In this document: piece by piece, positions 62,030-64,000 of the stretch
Layout: each line of letters opens with the position of its first letter
Numbering within the stretch: position 1 is the stretch's first letter
Made by a program: the position numbers and the translations under genes
Origin: Batkoa obscura
Lineage: Eukaryota
Direction: 5' to 3'
Length of the DNA stretch: 64,000 nt
NCBI GenBank assembly: GCA_030770535.1
Contig: JASVEC010000010.1
Span: 1,426,001-1,490,000, forward strand
The notes under the pieces: model-generated
Told to the model about the DNA's origin: nothing
Seen by the model: the letters and a program-made list of their open reading frames with translations, nothing else
The model's database searches: none

Positions 62030-64000
62030 TTAATCAATATCCATATCGTCTTGTTCTTGTTTTGGCTCTTCTGTAGCTTTTTCTGGAGATTGTTCACCTG
62101 AAGCTGGTTTAGGCTCTTCTACTTTAGGGGCTGGTTTAGGTTTACTTAAGATTGGATTAGCTAAATATTGTAATTGATCTTGGCTTTGTTTGATTTGTGC
62201 AGAAGTGACCTTTGGTGTCTCGTATTTTGGTAAACTTTCAATGGTAGCTAATTCTGTCTTTAACCATTTTTCAAGTTCATTACATTTATTGACAATCTTT
62301 TCAAGTTCTTCTGGTGCAATATGATCATATTTTACATCACCACCAATAGCTAAATTACGGTAACGTTCAATTTCTTTTTTGAGGTTTTCAGCAGCAAATG
62401 GACGTTGGCTTGATTCACGATATCTAGCAATAACTGGTGCTCCTATTTGGTTTAATTCTTCAATCTTGGATACATAGACACTCTTGGTAGTGTCTTCACC
62501 ATCACCGTATAACCAATCTTCAACTTCATTTAAGGAAGCAATAAATGAGTCTTTAATAGTTGGATCAATATAACTAGAATAAGCTCCACTAAGTTTTGAG
62601 CGAGTATCATAAACATATTCTTCTAAAGCATTTTTAGCATGCTCAGTATCGGTGACTAATTTATCTGAAGCGTACATATCATTTTCAACTTCTTTATAAC
62701 GACCAAGGATATTTTCATCAAGGCTGTTAGTTTGACTAACAACTGGAAGGTCATGTTTTTTAATAACCTTTTTGGTTTTTGGTGGGTCTTCTGGGTTATC
62801 ACCTTCAGCTGGCTCTTCAGTTTGAATGATCTCTTCAGCAATATGAGCTGATTCAACATTAATGACACCATGAAGATTGACTCTAGCTTTAACTTTTACG
62901 GTTGAAAGTTCACCATCTTTAAGGGAAGTAACATTTTTGACAGAGAAAGTTCCGATCCATGGGTTAGTGCCAGCTGGTAGTTTTTTTGGGTTAGAATAAT
63001 TAGCCTGGAACTCAAATGGCTCTTTACGGTAGAAAGTTAAAATCTTTGAGCTTGGTACTGGGTTTTTGAAACTAAAAACATCGACTTCGGAATCAGCACC
63101 TCCTTCAGTAGAAGTCCAGGTGAATTTAACTGGGAAATTAAGGATATCAGTAACTGAGAAATCACGTACCTTAAAGACAGGTGAGAGGATAGCACATTGA
63201 AGAGCACAACCACGAGAAACAGCTTCATCTTGATTAAGTGTGAAGCTTAGCTCTTTTCCTAAAAGAGATGAGATCTTCTCTTTGACAGTTGGGATACGAC
63301 TAGTTCCGCCTACAATCTCAACACTGTAAATTTGATCAGTACCCCATCCAACCTCAGCAATAACATCTGAAAGTGGTTTAGCGAGACGTTCTAATTGATC
63401 TTGAATCAATTCTTCAAATTCTTCTCTTTTCATTAATGCAGATACATCCCTATCCTCCATGATAGATTCAATATTAAGTGGAGCTTGACTGTTAGCGGAA
63501 AGAACTTTCTTTAATTTTTCTACTCCAGTACGAAGACGGAAAGTAGCTTTAGGGTTGCTGAGAATATCAATCTTATATTTTTCTTTGAAAACTTGAGCAA
63601 AATGATTGACTAAAAGTTCATCAATATAGCGACCACCTACTTTGTTATCATAAGCAGTAGCTTTAACATTGAGCTGACCTTTGATATATGAAACAGCAGC
63701 AACTGAATAAGAAGAGTGACCAACATCAACGATGATAACGTTACGTGGTTCGGTTTCTGGTAAATCAGTCTTGGTGATACCATAACCAAGAGCAGAAGCA
63801 GTGATTTCGTTCATAATTCTCAAGCAGTTGAGGTTGGCGATTTGACAAGCGTCTAAAAGAGCACGTCTTTGTCTATCATTAAACCATCCAGGAACTGAGA
63901 CTACAACATCAGAGCATGGAAGTTTAAGTTCATTAGCAGCAGTATCACGAAGTTTTCCGAGATACATACCCATAAGTTGAGTGGCAGTGAAGGTAGTTGG
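62030..64000 (-). CDS. SSE1: Hsp110/Sse1-type Hsp70 chaperone (5' end outside window)
   Basis: NEITASALGYGITKTDLP, EKLKKVLSAN, VEIVGG.SRIP, TLNQDEAVSRGCALQCAILSP, KNALEEYVY, EDWLY.DGED and terminal MDID. Confidence 0.95.
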   Translation of the reverse strand, partial: PTTFTATQLMGMYLGKLRDTAANELKLPCSDVVVSVPGWFNDRQRRALLDACQIANLNCLRIMNEITASALGYGITKTDLPETEPRNVIIVDVGHSSYSVAAVSYIKGQLNVKATAYDNKVGGRYIDELLVNHFAQVFKEKYKIDILSNPKATFRLRTGVEKLKKVLSANSQAPLNIESIMEDRDVSALMKREEFEELIQDQLERLAKPLSDVIAEVGWGTDQIYSVEIVGGTSRIPTVKEKISSLLGKELSFTLNQDEAVSRGCALQCAILSPVFKVRDFSVTDILNFPVKFTWTSTEGGADSEVDVFSFKNPVPSSKILTFYRKEPFEFQANYSNPKKLPAGTNPWIGTFSVKNVTSLKDGELSTVKVKARVNLHGVINVESAHIAEEIIQTEEPAEGDNPEDPPKTKKVIKKHDLPVVSQTNSLDENILGRYKEVENDMYASDKLVTDTEHAKNALEEYVYDTRSKLSGAYSSYIDPTIKDSFIASLNEVEDWLYGDGEDTTKSVYVSKIEELNQIGAPVIARYRESSQRPFAAENLKKEIERYRNLAIGGDVKYDHIAPEELEKIVNKCNELEKWLKTELATIESLPKYETPKVTSAQIKQSQDQLQYLANPILSKPKPAPKVEEPKPASGEQSPEKATEEPKQEQDDMDID

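Overview
Very AT-rich eukaryotic DNA with short GT-AG introns. The gene content (MedA-type domain, Zn2Cys6 factor, SUN, CAP, HbrB, Atg26) points to a fungus, by inference an early-diverging one. About 20 protein genes are present: TruB/Pus4, a degenerate cyclophilin, a TM-SPRY-PPxY protein with a decayed tandem paralogue, an HMG-box protein, two identical class I HDACs, a type I membrane protein, a MedA-like regulator, Bpl1, a Zn2Cys6 TF, a CAP protein, a tyrosine phosphatase, Sys1, an HbrB protein, Sec62, a SUN protein, Ubr1, Atg26, a secreted Cys-tailed protein and a 5'-truncated Hsp110. The most notable structures are as follows. (1) The two HDACs form 1,825-bp near-identical inverted arms embedded in older, diverged homologous flanks around a 15.7-kb spacer, suggesting gene conversion or an invertible segment; the HDAC also lacks conserved inositol-phosphate-binding residues. 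(2) About 15 copies of a ~97-bp MITE with GRGGATGT termini and 4-bp ANNT target-site duplications occur across the window. (3) A ~600-bp inverted duplication is bounded by these transposon termini. (4) Smaller items include a 7-nt micro-exon, a pseudo-cyclophilin and an altered UBR box. All alignments were done by eye and no database searches were run.
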